Positions 61,826 to 64,000 of a stretch of 64,000 bases of DNA are shown piece after piece. The DNA comes from the human T2T-CHM13v2.0 reference genome, Homo sapiens, in assembly GCF_009914755.1 (NCBI RefSeq), contig NC_060939.1. One strand, written 5' to 3'. Made by a program: the position numbers and the translations under genes. The notes under the pieces were generated by a model. The model saw only the letters and a list, made by a program, of their open reading frames with translations. It was not told the origin of the DNA and did no database searches. The number at the start of each line of letters is the position of its first letter. Positions within the stretch are counted from its first letter, which is position 1.

Positions 61826-64000
61826 ATTGCTACTACTTACCTACCACATGCCAAGCACTGTGCTCAGGGCTAAACGGGCATTGCCTTTAGTGATCACAGC
61901 AGCTTCTACGGTGTATGGTTCTGTGCCAATGTATTGATAAGAGGGCACACACTGTGTACAGTAAATGGCTTATCCAGCTGGTGAGTGATGCGGCAGATTG
62001 AGTTTTCTTCTGTGATTCGGTGGAGACTATCAGCCCAAGATGCTTTAAGTGCACAACATTACAGGGAATGCCTGAGTGCCTGGCCAAAGGGATATTTGGT
62101 TTGGCCATCTCTGGATGCCTGATTGCCAAGCTCAGGACCAGGCAATGTGACTTTGCATCAGCAACAACCAGCATCCCTTGACCAGGCCTGGGCCAGAGTA
62201 TTGGTCTCCTCTCAGCCCCTGATCCTGTGAAGTAAGGATGTGGGGGAAGACCTGGCAAGGACACAGATGAAACACAAACAATAGTAATTCTCAGGCCATC
62301 ATCAGTGGAGCCATGTTAATGTAATCTGATGGCTTCTCCAGGGTCCACAGGAAGTGAAGAATCTGTTTCCCAGCAGTGGACTCAAAACCCATCTGGGCTC
62401 CTAACCTTCCTGTAAACCCCTTTAGTGGCTTCATTAGAGCAGGCGTTCAGCTCACTGTTCTATTCATCTCAAGGAATAATGGGCTTAGAGCAGTTTCTGT
62501 CCTGCTGGTTAACTTGTTTGGCCTATTCCATTCTGGATTTTGTCAAGCAGTAGACAAGCAATTAGACAAGAACTTGGAGGCACCATTTGTATCCACTTTT
62601 TAGACTTAATAGAAACATTGAAGATGAACATAATCTACCAACGAAAGACGTGATTCAATTCAACACTCCCTTCCCATGACCCAGGCTGGGCAAGGAGGCC
62701 ACGTGATGTGGAGGGCACATTCCTTGCCTGCACAAACTCACCATCTGTGCACGCAGTGGCCTTCCCTAAAATCAGGGAATTGTTTTAAGTCTTATCAAGC
62801 AGCCAAGGGATGAAAGAGAAGGTGGGTTTTCATCAAGACTGGAAGGTGGGGACAGGGATGAGCATGGAGCTGGCCGTGGGCCTGGGGTACCAAGAGACTC
62901 CTTGAGAGACCAGGCAAAGCAAGTGATTGGGACAGAGGTTATCTGTCCCAGGTTATCTGGGCATAGATGCAGGTGAGCCCATGGCCCTCCCAGTACCTCC
63001 TGTCTCTGGCCTGTTTTAGAAGGTTCTCTCCTCCCCAAGGAGACACAACAACTCCTAGGGCCACTGAAGATATAACTATTGCCCAGGTTTCTGGTCTCTA
63101 GGCTGGGGAAGTCCTCTGGGTAGGAATCAGCAAGAAGATCCTAAAACAAAAGCTCATCCATTTGCGTTCCATGATGCTGGGATTTACACTTGAGGCTTAG
63201 CTTTGCTCTGCCAACTTCTTCAGAGCTGACACAGGATGAAGGCAATGCCATCCTCAAACACTGCAGGCATCACAGCTAACAATTGTGAAGTCGTCTTAAC
63301 TCACCATAAAAAGGAATCCACTCCCAGGCAGCCCTACTTCTTTGCTTTGCCCAGCATTTTACTGATTCATACATTATCTCACTTGTGCCAACACTCAAGA
63401 AGCAGGCTACACTGACACTGGTATTCCTGCCTCCATATTTTCTTTAAAAGACAAATCAAAGCAGATATATTAAGTGACTGTTCAAGAGCACACTTGGCCC
63501 AAGTGGCAGAGCTTGGACTGGATGCATGTTTTCCAGCTCCTCATCCAGGGCTCTGACCAGTTTAACCTGATGCAGTCACGTGGAGGAGCAGTGCAGGCAC
63601 AGTATGTCCCATAGGCCCAGTGAGATGCATTCTTGGTTGGCTGGCCTTCCACTTGGCTACACAGGGATGTACAAGGCGATCCCATCTTGATAAGACCACC
63701 ACCTCAGAGTATGGAGCTCAGAGAGGGCAGGCATGAAGTTTCCTTGGCTGGTGCACCTAGAATTGGCTGAACTCATGAGAAGTTGATATAGAACAGTGCT
63801 TGCCACAGAGCGGGGACTCGGTAAGCACTTAATGAATGAATGAATTCTAAGTCAATCCAAGAGTCTGATGATTTCTTGAAAAGGGTGTTAGCTAAAGGAT
63901 CTTAGGCATGACTGTAGAATTTGTAGTTGCAATAGAACAGAGAAAGAGGAAGCTTTCTGTCTCCTTAACACTGAGCTGTCATGTTTTAAAGCTTGCTCAC

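Noticed and set aside
61900-64000. STARD5 coding exons on the minus strand
   Set aside because: STARD5 is expected just downstream from memory, but I see no START-domain coding sequence in this window, so it is not annotated.

Overview
Human (primate) genomic DNA, not prokaryotic. The window holds most of the IL16 gene (interleukin-16, a multi-PDZ protein) on the + strand. I traced 17 coding exons with canonical AG/GT boundaries and consistent phases from 11830 to the TAG stop at 60866-60868. They total 3687 nt (1228 aa + stop); the first ~104 aa of the long neuronal isoform lie upstream of the window. An internal TATA-less ETS/GABP promoter near 48900-49035 drives the 631-aa lymphocyte pro-IL-16 (ATG 51497). 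Caspase-3 cleavage after SSTD (58190) releases the 121-aa mature cytokine. Introns are filled with Alu, L1, L2, MIR, MER and LTR relics, and almost all other ORF-track entries are spurious. I found no new multi-gene system. The most interesting unexplained structures are: (1) at least four short non-tandem local duplications inserted inside older repeats, two with junction signatures of templated-insertion repair; (2) a perfect 13-bp dyad that is both the lymphoid promoter element and the 3' splice site of the long isoform; (3) a head-to-head bidirectional polyA signal; (4) strictly alternating Alu orientations that bracket exon groups, including a 570-nt stop-free candidate circle; (5) tandem NAG acceptors in the mature-cytokine exons. 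Repeat family names and boundaries were assigned by eye and are approximate.
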